A program made the translations under genes and the position numbers. The notes beneath the pieces were generated by a model. The model had not been told where the DNA came from. It saw nothing but the letters and a program-made list of their open reading frames with translations, and did no database searches. From the NCBI GenBank assembly GCA_945875865.1, contig CAMCMF010000001.1:1395-65394 (forward strand): a stretch of DNA of 64,000 nt, given 5' to 3'. This document shows positions 28,178 through 37,525 of this stretch, piece by piece (the stretch's first letter is position 1; each line of letters begins with the position of its first letter). This stretch comes from Rhizobium sp. Q54. Lineage in GTDB: Bacteria; Pseudomonadota; Alphaproteobacteria; Rickettsiales; UBA1997.

Positions 28178-29143
28178 TTAAGATTTGATCAATTTCACTT
28201 GGCAGGCATGTTGCCAATATCCATAGCCAACATTTCGCCAGGTATCCACGCCGTATTGATGCTTGTCGTGAGTGAATTCCAACTCTGAACCTTCAGCGAT
28301 TGCCTTGACTTTAACGCCTTCTTCTTCCTGACGGATGAAAGGTTTGATCGCACTATCAGTTCTGAAAATTGCAAACTTGTCAGTCCAAGGAAGGCGAGGA
28401 TTTTGCGCCACAGTGATATTAAGCTCGTTCATCACTTTAAGTGAGTTAGTGCTACCACCAACAGTTAGAGGAACAGCAACTGCAGCTTGAGCAATGAACC
28501 ACATTGGAGTTGGAACCACGATTAAAAAATTAGTGGCATTTTCGTTCATCGGTTCACCTTGATCATCTTTAAAAGATAAAATTTGCTGAATGCCTTTTAA
28601 AGCTGCTAAACGAAATGCAGCCTCACTCGGAGATACTGCAACGCCAACTTTTCCACCATCAATCTGATCAGCAAAGCCAGTCAAATCGACTTGGATTTTA
28701 TTGCTTTGAGCGCCGCTTTTTCCCTCTGCGTGATCAGTATCGAAAAAATATTGTCCATCGTAGCAAACTGTGCTTTCCGCGTTATTGATCAACTTAGAAA
28801 GAATCTGCGCCCAATGTGCATTTGTACGGTCAGCAAATTCATTAATTCTAACTTTGATTTGTCCGGTTTTATCACGGCGTAAATCCTTAACATTAATTTC
28901 TAAAGTGCCTTCAAAGTGCTTGTTTTCGATAGTTAAGCCGTTGGTTAAAAAACCTTTTGCTTGTCTGCCGCCGACCCATTCACGCATCACTGGTGATTGT
29001 CCTAGCCATTTGTAAGTTTCACTTTCCTGATCAGAAGTGAAGTAATTTGAAATCGCATCGATCCAATCCATACCAGATTTTTGTTCGAGACGCTTGTAGT
29101 AAAGGCCAATAATAGCCCTTGATGATAATTCGTTTAGAGGCAT
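28178..29143 (-). CDS. major capsid protein, Mu gpT-like family
   Basis: TYKWLGQSPVMREWVGGRQAKGF..NGLTIENKHFEGTLEI...CYDGQYFFDTDH aligns with Mu gpT (TYGWLGKFPTLKEWVGKR...IANKTFEGTVGI...CYDGQNFFDKEH) from memory. Confidence 0.85.
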   Translation of the reverse strand: MPLNELSSRAIIGLYYKRLEQKSGMDWIDAISNYFTSDQESETYKWLGQSPVMREWVGGRQAKGFLTNGLTIENKHFEGTLEINVKDLRRDKTGQIKVRINEFADRTNAHWAQILSKLINNAESTVCYDGQYFFDTDHAEGKSGAQSNKIQVDLTGFADQIDGGKVGVAVSPSEAAFRLAALKGIQQILSFKDDQGEPMNENATNFLIVVPTPMWFIAQAAVAVPLTVGGSTNSLKVMNELNITVAQNPRLPWTDKFAIFRTDSAIKPFIRQEEEGVKVKAIAEGSELEFTHDKHQYGVDTWRNVGYGYWQHACQVKLIKS

Positions 29144-29176
29144 AAAAATTTTTTGATTTTAAGTTGTTAAAGTTAC

Positions 29177-29596
29177 CTAAGCGGCTACAGGAGGAAGTGC
29201 GGCGACATCAAATTCAACTAGAGCTACGCCACTTGAATCGATGCGTGAAATTTGACCGATATAAACTGCATTTGTGTCGGATAGTGTGAATGTGTTGTCG
29301 TCAGTCGCATAAACTGATTTGCCGATATCGCCAAGTGCGACTCCAGAAATATCTAACAATATTGCGCCACGCTTACGCACACGCACAGTTTTGAGACCAT
29401 CTCCGCCACCTGAATTGTCGATGTGCTCATCGGCAAAACCGAGGAACTTGTCACCATTCGCAATTGATCTGGCATAACCGGAAGAGTGTCCGCCAACTGC
29501 AGCGCCTTGATAAATGATTGATGAACCTTTAACCGGAACTTGGTTAATATCACCTAACTCGTAGATACGATTTGAGTCTGTTGCTAATGCTGTCAT
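29177..29596 (-). CDS. putative head decoration/cement protein
   Basis: 139 aa between the protease/scaffold gene and the capsid gene, the lambda gpD position. Gly-rich beta-type sequence. Confidence 0.45.
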   Translation of the reverse strand: MTALATDSNRIYELGDINQVPVKGSSIIYQGAAVGGHSSGYARSIANGDKFLGFADEHIDNSGGGDGLKTVRVRKRGAILLDISGVALGDIGKSVYATDDNTFTLSDTNAVYIGQISRIDSSGVALVEFDVAALPPVAA

Positions 29597-29599
29597 GTT

Positions 29600-30982
29600 T
29601 TACCTCTTAGAATTTTGGGTTGATAAAATTTTTACCTGATTGTTTTCGCTCGCTTTTTTGAACGATAAGAAAGCGTCATAGTCATTGCCGAATTCAGATC
29701 TGAGTCTGGAATCATTTTGCCATTCGGCTTTGGCGCGATCTTCAAGCGGTGCGTCCTTATCAACTTTTGTTTTTTCCTGAGAGGTGCTTTCAAAACTCGG
29801 ATCAACTTTAGGCATTTCTTTTTCTGCCTCTTTTTGTGACTCGACATATTTTGTGCCGCGTTGTTTCTCTCTGGCCACAATTTGCAGAGCGAGTTTTTCA
29901 GCGGTCATGCCACCATCTTGTTTAGCTTTTGCTGTCAGGTCTTCATGACCTGCTAAAGCTGCTTCCTCAATTGCTAAAATCCTTTTTCGCTCGGCTTCAA
30001 TTCCTTCATTAAAACCAGCTTTTTTTCCTTCCGCAAAAGAGCTTTCTTTTGTTTCACTTCTAATTTTTTCAGAATTTTCCTTTGCCAATTTTTCAGAAAT
30101 TTCAGGAAACTCTGACTTGATGAAATCTGCAGTAATTGCAGATCTCTCGATTGTTTCTTTGCTCATAAATTTATTTTGTTTGTTGGTTGAAATTTTTTGA
30201 TTTAACTCGGCCAAGACCTCTTCATAATTTCCAAGTGAATCAGCCATACCGCTTGCAACTGCGTTTTTTCCAATCAGCACTCCGCCTTGTCCGAAATCAT
30301 TTTTTACTGTGTTAACAGTGACATTTCGGTAACGCGCAATCGCTTCAATAAACTGCGACTCAAGATCGTTGAGTTCGCGTTTTATCTCAGACATTCCTTC
30401 CTCTGTTCGTGGATCGGGTCGTTTTTGTTTGGCGTTGCTCGAAACAATTTCGATGTTTTTGTAGCCTTCAGAATCAGGCTGCTCTTGCACCGGAATTGTT
30501 GTGACGACACCAATGCTTCCCAAAAGTGCGGAAGGGTTGGCGATGATTTTTTCTGTTGCGGAGGTGATCCAATAAGCTGCTGAGGAACAGTTTCTGCCGA
30601 CATAACTCCAAATCGGTTTTTTGCCTCGTGCCTTAAAAATAGCGTCCGCCATTTCAGATGGTCCGAGTGCAACGCCACCAGGAGAATCAACATCAAACAA
30701 AATTGCTTTCACCTGATCGTCATCAAGTGCGGTCTGAAAATCTTTTGCGAGATCGGCAAGAGAAGTGCCTCCAAAAAAGAAGCTGAAGAGATCGCTTCGG
30801 GCAGTGATTGGTCCGTAAAGCGGAATTATTGCCGTGCCGTCTCGAATCAGAACTGATCTGGTATTGCTTAATCGTCTTTCTGACTGAAATGAGAGTGATT
30901 TAATTTCGTCCACGCGACATAAACTCTTCAAAATATCAGGCTCGATCGCCCAATATTTCGCGATTTTTAATAGGTCATGCAT
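29600..30982 (-). CDS. head maturation protease, S49 (SppA/ClpP-like) with C-terminal scaffold-like region
   Basis: DSPGGVALG...GRNCSSAAYWITSA...LLGSIGV is the S49 signature. The C-terminal ~200 aa is charged and helical. Confidence 0.8.
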   Translation of the reverse strand: MHDLLKIAKYWAIEPDILKSLCRVDEIKSLSFQSERRLSNTRSVLIRDGTAIIPLYGPITARSDLFSFFFGGTSLADLAKDFQTALDDDQVKAILFDVDSPGGVALGPSEMADAIFKARGKKPIWSYVGRNCSSAAYWITSATEKIIANPSALLGSIGVVTTIPVQEQPDSEGYKNIEIVSSNAKQKRPDPRTEEGMSEIKRELNDLESQFIEAIARYRNVTVNTVKNDFGQGGVLIGKNAVASGMADSLGNYEEVLAELNQKISTNKQNKFMSKETIERSAITADFIKSEFPEISEKLAKENSEKIRSETKESSFAEGKKAGFNEGIEAERKRILAIEEAALAGHEDLTAKAKQDGGMTAEKLALQIVAREKQRGTKYVESQKEAEKEMPKVDPSFESTSQEKTKVDKDAPLEDRAKAEWQNDSRLRSEFGNDYDAFLSFKKASENNQVKILSTQNSKR

Positions 30983-30984
30983 CG

Positions 30985-32544
30985 TTATTTTTTAGTTGGT
31001 TGCTGCGTTTGAATAACTTCCTTTGGAATGATTCCAGCTTCTTGTTTGAGGCGATATTCCTTAAGGATTTGCGGATATTTTCTCTCGAAATCACCACCAG
31101 TTAAAATTGCTGTTTCTTCAGCGAGTGTACTGACACCAATTTCAATTCTGGTTTGTGCCGCTCTTACTTCTTTGAGCTGATCAATTTGCCCGCGTGGTGG
31201 TCCAATCCATTCAGCTCCCAAGTAAGCATTTTTTATTGTTGGATTGGCAAAAAAGTTCGGTGCGTTTAATTCGCCTCTTGCTACCGCTTCGGTGATTACC
31301 ATTTCGTAAATTGGCTGACAGAGCTGGATTGATAGCCATTTGCGTCTGCTTGAGAAAAACTTCCACGCTTCAACTAAAGCTGCTTGAGCCGCTGAATAAC
31401 TGGCTGTGAAATGTTTTATTAAAATTTCAAACGGCAATTCCAACGCCACACCAACTTGACGAAGCACGGCTTGCACAAAAGGATCAAAGGCTTGGTTCGG
31501 TCTTTTTGGATCGGCGATTTCAATATTTTCATTGGGCTGCAAATCAAGAATTGCGCCTGGTCCTAGCTTGTAATCTCCATCATCTCTTGCACCACTTTCA
31601 GGAGGAGTCATTGATGCGAGTCCTTCTTCATCTTCTGATTTTACAAAAACAGTAAACATTGCTGACACCACAGCAGCCATAATTTCTGCCTCAGTGTAGC
31701 GATCGAGTTGTTTAAGGCTTTCAATTACTGGTGCTAAATATGGAATGCCTCGTGTAAGTCCTGGTCTGGTTCTGCTGAAAACATGAAAGACCTGACGATT
31801 TCCATATTTATCAAAAGCTGGAACTTTGACAAATTTTTTCTCTTTCTGGTTTTGGTAATCAGTTGGATGTTGATTGCAAATTGAGTAAGAAATCGGTGCG
31901 CCGTCAGAGTCCATTTCAACGCCACCAGCAAGAGTTGCGCAGTCAGCTTTAAAATCAGTATTAGCAACGCGATCAGCTTCAACAATTTGTAGAGCAAGAT
32001 TGATGCTCCTGTTTGGTCGCTGGGCATAACGTTTAAGAATAAAAACATCGCCACTTTCAAGAACTGAGCGCAAAACCAAATTTTGAATTTCGCTAAAAGT
32101 TTGGCAGCGAGTAATGTCGCAATCCTGATTTTCAGCCCAGTTGCGAAATATTCGTTCAGCGTTTCGTTCAAAAATATCAAACTCATCTTCGCTTTTGAAA
32201 TAATCCTTAAGCACGTCGCGATCCAAATGCGACTGAACTTTAAGACCAGTTCCAACAACATTCGTGACTACAGTATTTACCGCACCACAAGCAAGCGGAG
32301 CATTGCGAAGTAAATCGCGTGATCTTTGGCGTAAATCCGGAAGATCGGAAAGCGTAACATTATCGGCAGAGCCATCAGTTGTATTCCAACTTGAAGTTTG
32401 TCTGCGATCGCGTCTTGCACCAGTATAACCACCGGCAATTGCTAATCTGGTTTTGGCTTCAAATCTTTTTAAACCCGCTTGCGGATTGACATAAGAGATA
32501 GCTTTATCCAACCAGTTTTCAGAAATTTTAGGAAATTTTCTCAT
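30985..32544 (-). CDS. portal protein, lambda family
   Basis: 519 aa between gpW-like and the S49 protease. The N-terminus (..GGYTGA.RDRR.TS.W......ADN) is typical of the lambda-family portal. Confidence 0.85.
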   Translation of the reverse strand: MRKFPKISENWLDKAISYVNPQAGLKRFEAKTRLAIAGGYTGARRDRRQTSSWNTTDGSADNVTLSDLPDLRQRSRDLLRNAPLACGAVNTVVTNVVGTGLKVQSHLDRDVLKDYFKSEDEFDIFERNAERIFRNWAENQDCDITRCQTFSEIQNLVLRSVLESGDVFILKRYAQRPNRSINLALQIVEADRVANTDFKADCATLAGGVEMDSDGAPISYSICNQHPTDYQNQKEKKFVKVPAFDKYGNRQVFHVFSRTRPGLTRGIPYLAPVIESLKQLDRYTEAEIMAAVVSAMFTVFVKSEDEEGLASMTPPESGARDDGDYKLGPGAILDLQPNENIEIADPKRPNQAFDPFVQAVLRQVGVALELPFEILIKHFTASYSAAQAALVEAWKFFSSRRKWLSIQLCQPIYEMVITEAVARGELNAPNFFANPTIKNAYLGAEWIGPPRGQIDQLKEVRAAQTRIEIGVSTLAEETAILTGGDFERKYPQILKEYRLKQEAGIIPKEVIQTQQPTKK

Positions 32545-32744
32545 ACTGGAGTAACGCCTCTAACTCTGATTCCGCCGCGATTTTTTCTTTTGATTTGCAC
32601 CAATAATCTTTTTTCGCGTTGCTCAAGTGTAGCAAGATCAGCTTTTCTGACTTTTTGTCCGTTATACCACGCTTCTTGGGCGTTTAACAAAATGTCAGAA
32701 ATTGCCTGTTGGACTTCTGTTAATTGTTCTTCAAGCGTTTTCAA
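32541..32744 (-). CDS. head-tail joining protein (lambda gpW-like)
   Basis: 67 aa between terminase and portal. The helical N-terminus and basic C-terminus (RGGIRVRGVTPV) resemble lambda gpW. Confidence 0.65.
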   Translation of the reverse strand: MKTLEEQLTEVQQAISDILLNAQEAWYNGQKVRKADLATLEQREKRLLVQIKRKNRGGIRVRGVTPV

Positions 32745-32746
32745 TT

Positions 32747-34615
32747 TTAGTAAATTCCTTTGCTTCTTACTCTTCTAACCCTTTGAGGCGATGTTGGTTG
32801 AATATTTTGAACCTGCTTATTTTCTGGTCGCAGCACAGTTTCTTTTATTCGCTGGGCAGCTTTATTTAAATCAAATTTCCAGTTACGAACTAACCCACGC
32901 AATGCTGCAAAAGCATAAACTCTGCAATCAAGCGCTTCAGTTTTTGCTCCTTCTCGGCGCGGTGTCCATTCTCGGACAGGCCTGCCTTTGGCATATCTGG
33001 TTTTGACAATTTCTGAAGTAAGTTGTGTAAACCATTCTGCATCACGCTCCATTGGAAAGTGCCAGTAACCAGCGCCTTCTTCGGCAATGCGAAGTCTTTG
33101 CATCAGAGTTTCTTTGGCATCGTTAACACCGATGACATAAACTGGTTTTTTTAATCTTTTGTTTTGGCTGGCGCGAGGCGGCCAGATTGGAACTCCAGCT
33201 CCACTTGAACTTCCTTTGATGGCAAAAACTTTTTTGTGTCTACGCGCATCGCAGTAGTTGATAACATGATCCGTATAGTGACCGCCGCTATCGATACAAA
33301 CTGCTGCAATCGGAAAATTTGGTAATTCTCTTTGATGCTCAAAAGTTGTTTCCAAAATTTTATCAAGATCATTCCAAAGATGCGGAGTTGATGGGTCGCC
33401 ATAAATCACTTGGTAATCAAGCGACCAACTTTCTTCATCTTTTCCCCAGCCAACAATTTCGATCTCAAGACGATTGTCTTGCACATCCACGCCAGCGGTA
33501 ATGATGGCGATGTTTTTGAATAATCTGGTGCCAAAATTTTCGCGGCGCTTCATTAATCCGGTTGGATCAATAACTTCTCCAGCCATGTCTTCCCAAGTTT
33601 CAGCAAGTTTGGTATTAGTCCAAACCTGAAGCCTTGGCGGGTCTTTGTGAACCTCGCTAAATTCCTGCGCTATATCACCAAAACTTGTCCAGCCGTGCGG
33701 GCTGTAAAGTGATGAGAGATGAAAAGAAATTGTTTTGCTGTTAGAGCTTGGGTTGGTTGCTACCCATTTACCTTGTCGTAAAATTTCTGCTTTTTGGTGA
33801 TCTTCCCAAACGCTTCCGCATTTTTCACAGGCGTAATAAGCGGCTTCCGGTTTTCCTTTAGGCCATTTTATTTGCGCCCATTTAAGAGTTTGAAACTCGC
33901 CACAATCAGGGCATGGCACAAAGTAATAACGCTGATCACCTTCCAAAAATGCAGTTTCAATTCTGCTAAAATTTTTGATTGTCGGAGTTGAGATCATGAA
34001 AATTTTGCGATTGCTGAACGTTGCCGTTCTTTGAATCGCAAGATTTACCGGATCACCTTCACCAGCGGCATCATCAGGGTAGCCGTCAACTTCATCTAAA
34101 AATAAATATCGAATCGGCATGGAGCGAAGACCAACAGCAGAATTTGCGCCAGTCATCACCAGAACTCCGCCAGGAAATTCCTTCATCAAAATTGTATTAC
34201 CGCTATCTCTGGCGCGAGGGTCTTTTACTTTTTCCTTTAGTGCCGGACAATTTTCTATCGCCGGATCAATCCGCATTTTTGAGGTGCGCTTGGCAGTCTC
34301 AACAGTCGGATTTACTATCAACATTGGTCCTGGTGCGTGATGGATTATAAAACCCATCCAGTTGTTGCCACACTCCGTTCCGCCAATTTGTGCGCCTTTC
34401 ATGAAGACGACTTTTTCGCAAGGATTGCTTGGCGATAAGCAATCCATTATTTCTTTCAAATAAGGAGTGCGATCCGTTCTCCACGGTCCAGGTTCTGCTG
34501 AAGAAATACTGCTTAAAATGCGGTGATTATCTGCCCAGGATGATACTGTAAAATTCGGGTCCGGCTTTAGCCCATCGCAGAAATTCTGAAAATAAATGTC
34601 GTCATAATTTCTCAT
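32747..34615 (-). CDS. terminase large subunit (lambda GpA-like)
   Basis: SSWADNHRIL....AEPGPWRTDRTPYLKEIMDCLS.....KVVFMKGAQIGGTE is the GpA N-terminal signature. 622 aa. Confidence 0.9.
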   Translation of the reverse strand: MRNYDDIYFQNFCDGLKPDPNFTVSSWADNHRILSSISSAEPGPWRTDRTPYLKEIMDCLSPSNPCEKVVFMKGAQIGGTECGNNWMGFIIHHAPGPMLIVNPTVETAKRTSKMRIDPAIENCPALKEKVKDPRARDSGNTILMKEFPGGVLVMTGANSAVGLRSMPIRYLFLDEVDGYPDDAAGEGDPVNLAIQRTATFSNRKIFMISTPTIKNFSRIETAFLEGDQRYYFVPCPDCGEFQTLKWAQIKWPKGKPEAAYYACEKCGSVWEDHQKAEILRQGKWVATNPSSNSKTISFHLSSLYSPHGWTSFGDIAQEFSEVHKDPPRLQVWTNTKLAETWEDMAGEVIDPTGLMKRRENFGTRLFKNIAIITAGVDVQDNRLEIEIVGWGKDEESWSLDYQVIYGDPSTPHLWNDLDKILETTFEHQRELPNFPIAAVCIDSGGHYTDHVINYCDARRHKKVFAIKGSSSGAGVPIWPPRASQNKRLKKPVYVIGVNDAKETLMQRLRIAEEGAGYWHFPMERDAEWFTQLTSEIVKTRYAKGRPVREWTPRREGAKTEALDCRVYAFAALRGLVRNWKFDLNKAAQRIKETVLRPENKQVQNIQPTSPQRVRRVRSKGIY

Positions 34616-35108
34616 TAATTTTTGATAACTCTTCGAGCGCTTTGATCAGTTCGGCTTTCAAAATTTCTTTCATCTCAAAAATGTTGGTCTTGCCAACAAG
34701 CTGAGGAATAACGCGATCAGGAATGTTTAAAATACGATCTCTGGTCATTCGTGCAGCGTTGAACGCTGACACTTTAACATCATCTATCGAAATCAGTTTT
34801 TTTGATTCCTTTTCAAATTGAAGCCTGAGCAGCTTTGCGCCGTAAGCCTCTTTAATCGCTCGGCTTTGCTGATAACTTGGTCCGTTTGCTGAATTTGGTA
34901 TTGAATTCTGGCTGTAATCGGGCTTTTCCTCAGTAAATACTGCCTTTATTTGCGCCGGATCGGTGTTTTGACCCCATTCTTTATCAGCAGTTTTAGGATT
35001 TATTTTGCCATTTTTACCTTTGCTGACTCTTCCTTGTCTGATTGCTTTTCTAACCGCCGCCTCGGTAACGCCGCGATGTCTGGCATATGCTCGAATCGAG
35101 AGTTCCAT
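34602..35108 (-). CDS. terminase small subunit
   Basis: 168 aa. N-terminal HTH (YARHRGVTEAAVRKAIRQGRV). Overlaps the large-subunit start. Confidence 0.7.
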   Translation of the reverse strand: MELSIRAYARHRGVTEAAVRKAIRQGRVSKGKNGKINPKTADKEWGQNTDPAQIKAVFTEEKPDYSQNSIPNSANGPSYQQSRAIKEAYGAKLLRLQFEKESKKLISIDDVKVSAFNAARMTRDRILNIPDRVIPQLVGKTNIFEMKEILKAELIKALEELSKINEKL

Positions 35109-35169
35109 GTTTATTTGCCATCGTTTTGGTATTTCAAAACTTTTTTAAAAATTGTTCAAAAAATCATCT

Positions 35170-35206
35170 TAATTGACTTGATAGTGATGCTTCGCCGAGC
35201 CATACT
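35170..35206 (+). promoter_or_regulatory. putative sigma70-type promoter, copy A of a repeated promoter module
   Basis: Contains the 16-mer TAATTGACTTGATAGT, which is identical at 36767..36782. TTGATA (35178..35183) - 17 nt - CATACT (35201..35206). Lies upstream of the small plus-strand gene. Confidence 0.35.
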
Positions 35207-35254
35207 GGATAAGCCTCTATGAGGTTTTTCTTTTTAATCAAAACAAGGAGTAGA

Positions 35255-35452
35255 ATGCCAAAATATCCAAATATCGAAGTTAATCTTACCAACGAGGACG
35301 GAAACGCTTTTGCAATATTAGCTAGATGCAGAGTTGCAGCAAAAAAAGCAGGTCTGACAAAAGAAGAAATCGAAAACTTCACAAATGAAGCGGAAGAAGA
35401 CGATTACGATCATCTTTTACAAGTTTGCCAGCGTTGGTTTAACTGCATTTAG
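35255..35452 (+). CDS. small phage protein of unknown function
   Basis: From the internal ATG (MPKYPNIEVNLTNEDGNAFAILARCR..AKKAGLTKEEIENF..EAEEDDYDHLLQVCQRWF). Resembles a recurrent small phage protein from memory. No function known. Confidence 0.5.
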   Translation: MPKYPNIEVNLTNEDGNAFAILARCRVAAKKAGLTKEEIENFTNEAEEDDYDHLLQVCQRWFNCI

Positions 35453-35641
35453 TCAATCTAATTATTAATCAAAATTTCTTAAAATTTATGCCTAAAAAAA
35501 GTTCAAAAACTGTTGTCAAAAAAGTAGCTAAAAAAGTGGTTGCCGAAGTTAAAGAAAATCCAATCAAAGAATTGGAAGTTCAGAAAACTGAAAACCCTAA
35601 AACTACCACTAAAAATTCTCAATTAATCGAGATGATTAAAG

Positions 35642-36582
35642 TGTAAGAATTGGTCGCGTTGTTTACATGATTAATTTGGATTCGCCCTCAATTAACCATG
35701 TAAACTTTGTCTCTCATGAAAATTCACAAAAGAACGCGATTAACTCTAACCGATCGGGAAGAGCTTTGGAAATTGCATTGCACTCGCAAACACAGCCAAT
35801 CTGAGTTGGCAGAGATATTTCGAGTTTCTCGTCAAACAATTTCCAAAATTCTTCAGCGATGTCGAGGGAGAGAATTTGTCCCTCGAAGCAGTATTAACAA
35901 GCGATTTAGAAGTTTACAATATGGTCTCAAACGACTCAAAAAAGTTGAGTTTGAGATTGAAAAAAAGAAAAAGTCAGAGGCGAAGAGATACAATAAATCC
36001 TATCCTGGAGAGCTTGTTCACTTTGATACTAAAAGGCTTCCACTCATCAAGGGAGAAAACAAATTCTCTGCTCGAGAATATCTCTTTGTTGCCATTGATG
36101 ACTTCTCTCGTGAGCTTTACGCCGCAATACTTCCCGACAAAACACAATTCTCTGCTGCTAACTTTCTGAGTCAGGTGATTGATGAATGTCCTTACACCGT
36201 TGAATGTGCTTATTCTGACAATGGCACGGAATACAAAGGAACAAGTAATCACGCCTTCGTTTCTTTTCTACACGATCACAAAATAGGACAAAAATTTACC
36301 AAAGTAAAACGCCCTCAAACCAACGGTAAGGCTGAGAGAGTGATTCGAACATTGATGGAAATGTGGCATCAGAAAACTGAGTTCACTTCACGAGAACACA
36401 GAAATTTGGAGCTCATCAGATTTATCAATTTCTACAATACCGTTAAGCCCCACAAGGGAATTGACGGCAAAACACCTTACGAAAAATTGCTTGAATACTT
36501 TTGATCCAAAAACCAAAAACACCACCACGTAAATTCGCGTGAAAACATTTTGGTTGTGTAAACAACGCGACCAATTCTTACA
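35642..36582 (+). mobile_element. IS481-family insertion sequence (941 bp), intact
   Basis: Perfect 26-bp terminal inverted repeats: TGTAAGAATTGGTCGCGTTGTTTACA (35642..35667) and its reverse complement (36557..36582). Flanked by a 7-bp direct repeat ATTAAAG (35635..35641 and 36583..36589). Carries a single DDE transposase ORF. Confidence 0.85.
35707..36504 (+). CDS. IS481-family DDE transposase (rve integrase core)
   Basis: N-terminal HTH (SQSELAEIFRVSRQTISKIL). DDE residues in HFDTK, YSDNGTEY, TNGKAER. The likely start is ATG 35716. Confidence 0.85.
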   Translation: MSLMKIHKRTRLTLTDREELWKLHCTRKHSQSELAEIFRVSRQTISKILQRCRGREFVPRSSINKRFRSLQYGLKRLKKVEFEIEKKKKSEAKRYNKSYPGELVHFDTKRLPLIKGENKFSAREYLFVAIDDFSRELYAAILPDKTQFSAANFLSQVIDECPYTVECAYSDNGTEYKGTSNHAFVSFLHDHKIGQKFTKVKRPQTNGKAERVIRTLMEMWHQKTEFTSREHRNLELIRFINFYNTVKPHKGIDGKTPYEKLLEYF

Positions 36583-36766
36583 ATTAAAGTAGCCGAAGAG
36601 GGAGTTAGCCTTAAACAAATTTGTGAAAATTTGAAATGGCAACCACACACCGCAAGATCGGCAATTTCTCGCCTAAATAAAAATCAAAATCTTGGCATCA
36701 TAAACGATAAAATTGCGGGTGGGAACAGGGTTTACAAACTGCCAAAAAAAGATTAAAAAATTGCTC

Positions 36767-36803
36767 TAATTGACTTGATAGTAATTATTGTCGAAGGCAT
36801 GCT
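36767..36803 (+). promoter_or_regulatory. putative sigma70-type promoter, copy B of repeated promoter module
   Basis: Same 16-mer TAATTGACTTGATAGT. TTGATA (36775..36780) - 17 nt - CATGCT (36798..36803). Lies upstream of the small ORF 36853..37017. Confidence 0.3.
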
Positions 36804-36852
36804 ACATAAGGCTTTGGGGCTTATTTATTAATCTTAAATTTTATTAAAAAAA

Positions 36853-37017
36853 ATGAGCAAAATAGAAAATATTTTAGAAAAATTAGGGCAAAATATCAAA
36901 AATCATGAACTAAGATTAAAACATGAGTTTAATCACTATAAGGTCATTTCTTTATTAAACGAAATAACTCGCCTAAAGCAGTATGAAAGAAAGCTTAGAA
37001 TGCAAATCGATATTTAA
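36853..37017 (+). CDS. small hypothetical protein (54 aa, coiled-coil-like)
   Basis: Own translation: MSKIENILEKLGQNIKNHELRLKHEFNHYKVISLLNEITRLKQYERKLRMQIDI. Below the ORF-track length cutoff. Preceded by promoter copy B. Confidence 0.3.
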   Translation: MSKIENILEKLGQNIKNHELRLKHEFNHYKVISLLNEITRLKQYERKLRMQIDI

Positions 37018-37037
37018 TAATTTTACTTCATTTTAAA

Positions 37038-37343
37038 ATGGGAACTTGGGCATTACCGCAAACTGTTAAACAAGCTAAAGAATTACAAAAATTGGTGGCA
37101 AAACCTTTGTCACCAAAAATTGCTGAAGAAAAACTTTATAATCTGCTTGGTGACGATGATCTTTTTGATAACATTCTGGAAGCCAAAGAAAAAGGCGACT
37201 CAGATGTCAGAATTTTAGTTGAGTCATCGCTCAGTAAATTTTTAAACGAAAAAGAAAATGCCGTTAAGGCTTGGAATAAAGAGGCTTTCAAAATTTGCCA
37301 AAATATCTGCAAATCACTTGAGGAGCTTTATATCCCTTACTAA
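37038..37343 (+). CDS. hypothetical acidic protein
   Basis: 101-aa ORF, last gene of the plus-strand moron cluster. Convergent with 37340..37525. Confidence 0.4.
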   Translation: MGTWALPQTVKQAKELQKLVAKPLSPKIAEEKLYNLLGDDDLFDNILEAKEKGDSDVRILVESSLSKFLNEKENAVKAWNKEAFKICQNICKSLEELYIPY

Positions 37344-37525
37344 GAAAGATTCTCTGCCAGCTTTTCAACTTCGGTAAGAAGCATTAATGCGGAATCCTTT
37401 TCACGACAATCTTTTTGAAAAGCATTGGCTTTTCTTTTAGCGATTTCTATCGCACCTTTTCCGTGCTTTTCCAGCAGCTCTTTTGCTCTATTTTTTAGCT
37501 CTTCATTACTCAGATTTTCCGTCAT
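37340..37525 (-). CDS. small helical hypothetical protein
   Basis: From internal Met15 of ORF 37340..37567 (MTENLSNEELKNRAKELLEKHGKG...). Overlaps the methylase stop. Confidence 0.35.
   Translation of the reverse strand: MTENLSNEELKNRAKELLEKHGKGAIEIAKRKANAFQKDCREKDSALMLLTEVEKLAENLS

Larger units (their letters stand above)
35488..36756 (+). pseudogene. DUF3489-like winged-helix gene disrupted by IS insertion
   Basis: The 5' part (35488..35641) and 3' part (36583..36756) join in frame once the IS and one copy of the 7-bp duplication are removed. The joined product is MPKKSSKTVVKK...NSQLIEMIKVAEEGVSLKQICENLKWQPHTARSAISRLNKNQNLGIINDKIAGGNRVYKLPKKD. Confidence 0.75.

Noticed and set aside
31734-32261. 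175-aa same-strand alternative-frame ORF nested in the portal gene
   Set aside because: It has Leu/Ile/Lys/Phe-rich composition typical of an out-of-frame read of A/T-rich coding DNA. There are no motifs and no independent start context. Unlike the dcm locus, it covers only a third of the host gene.
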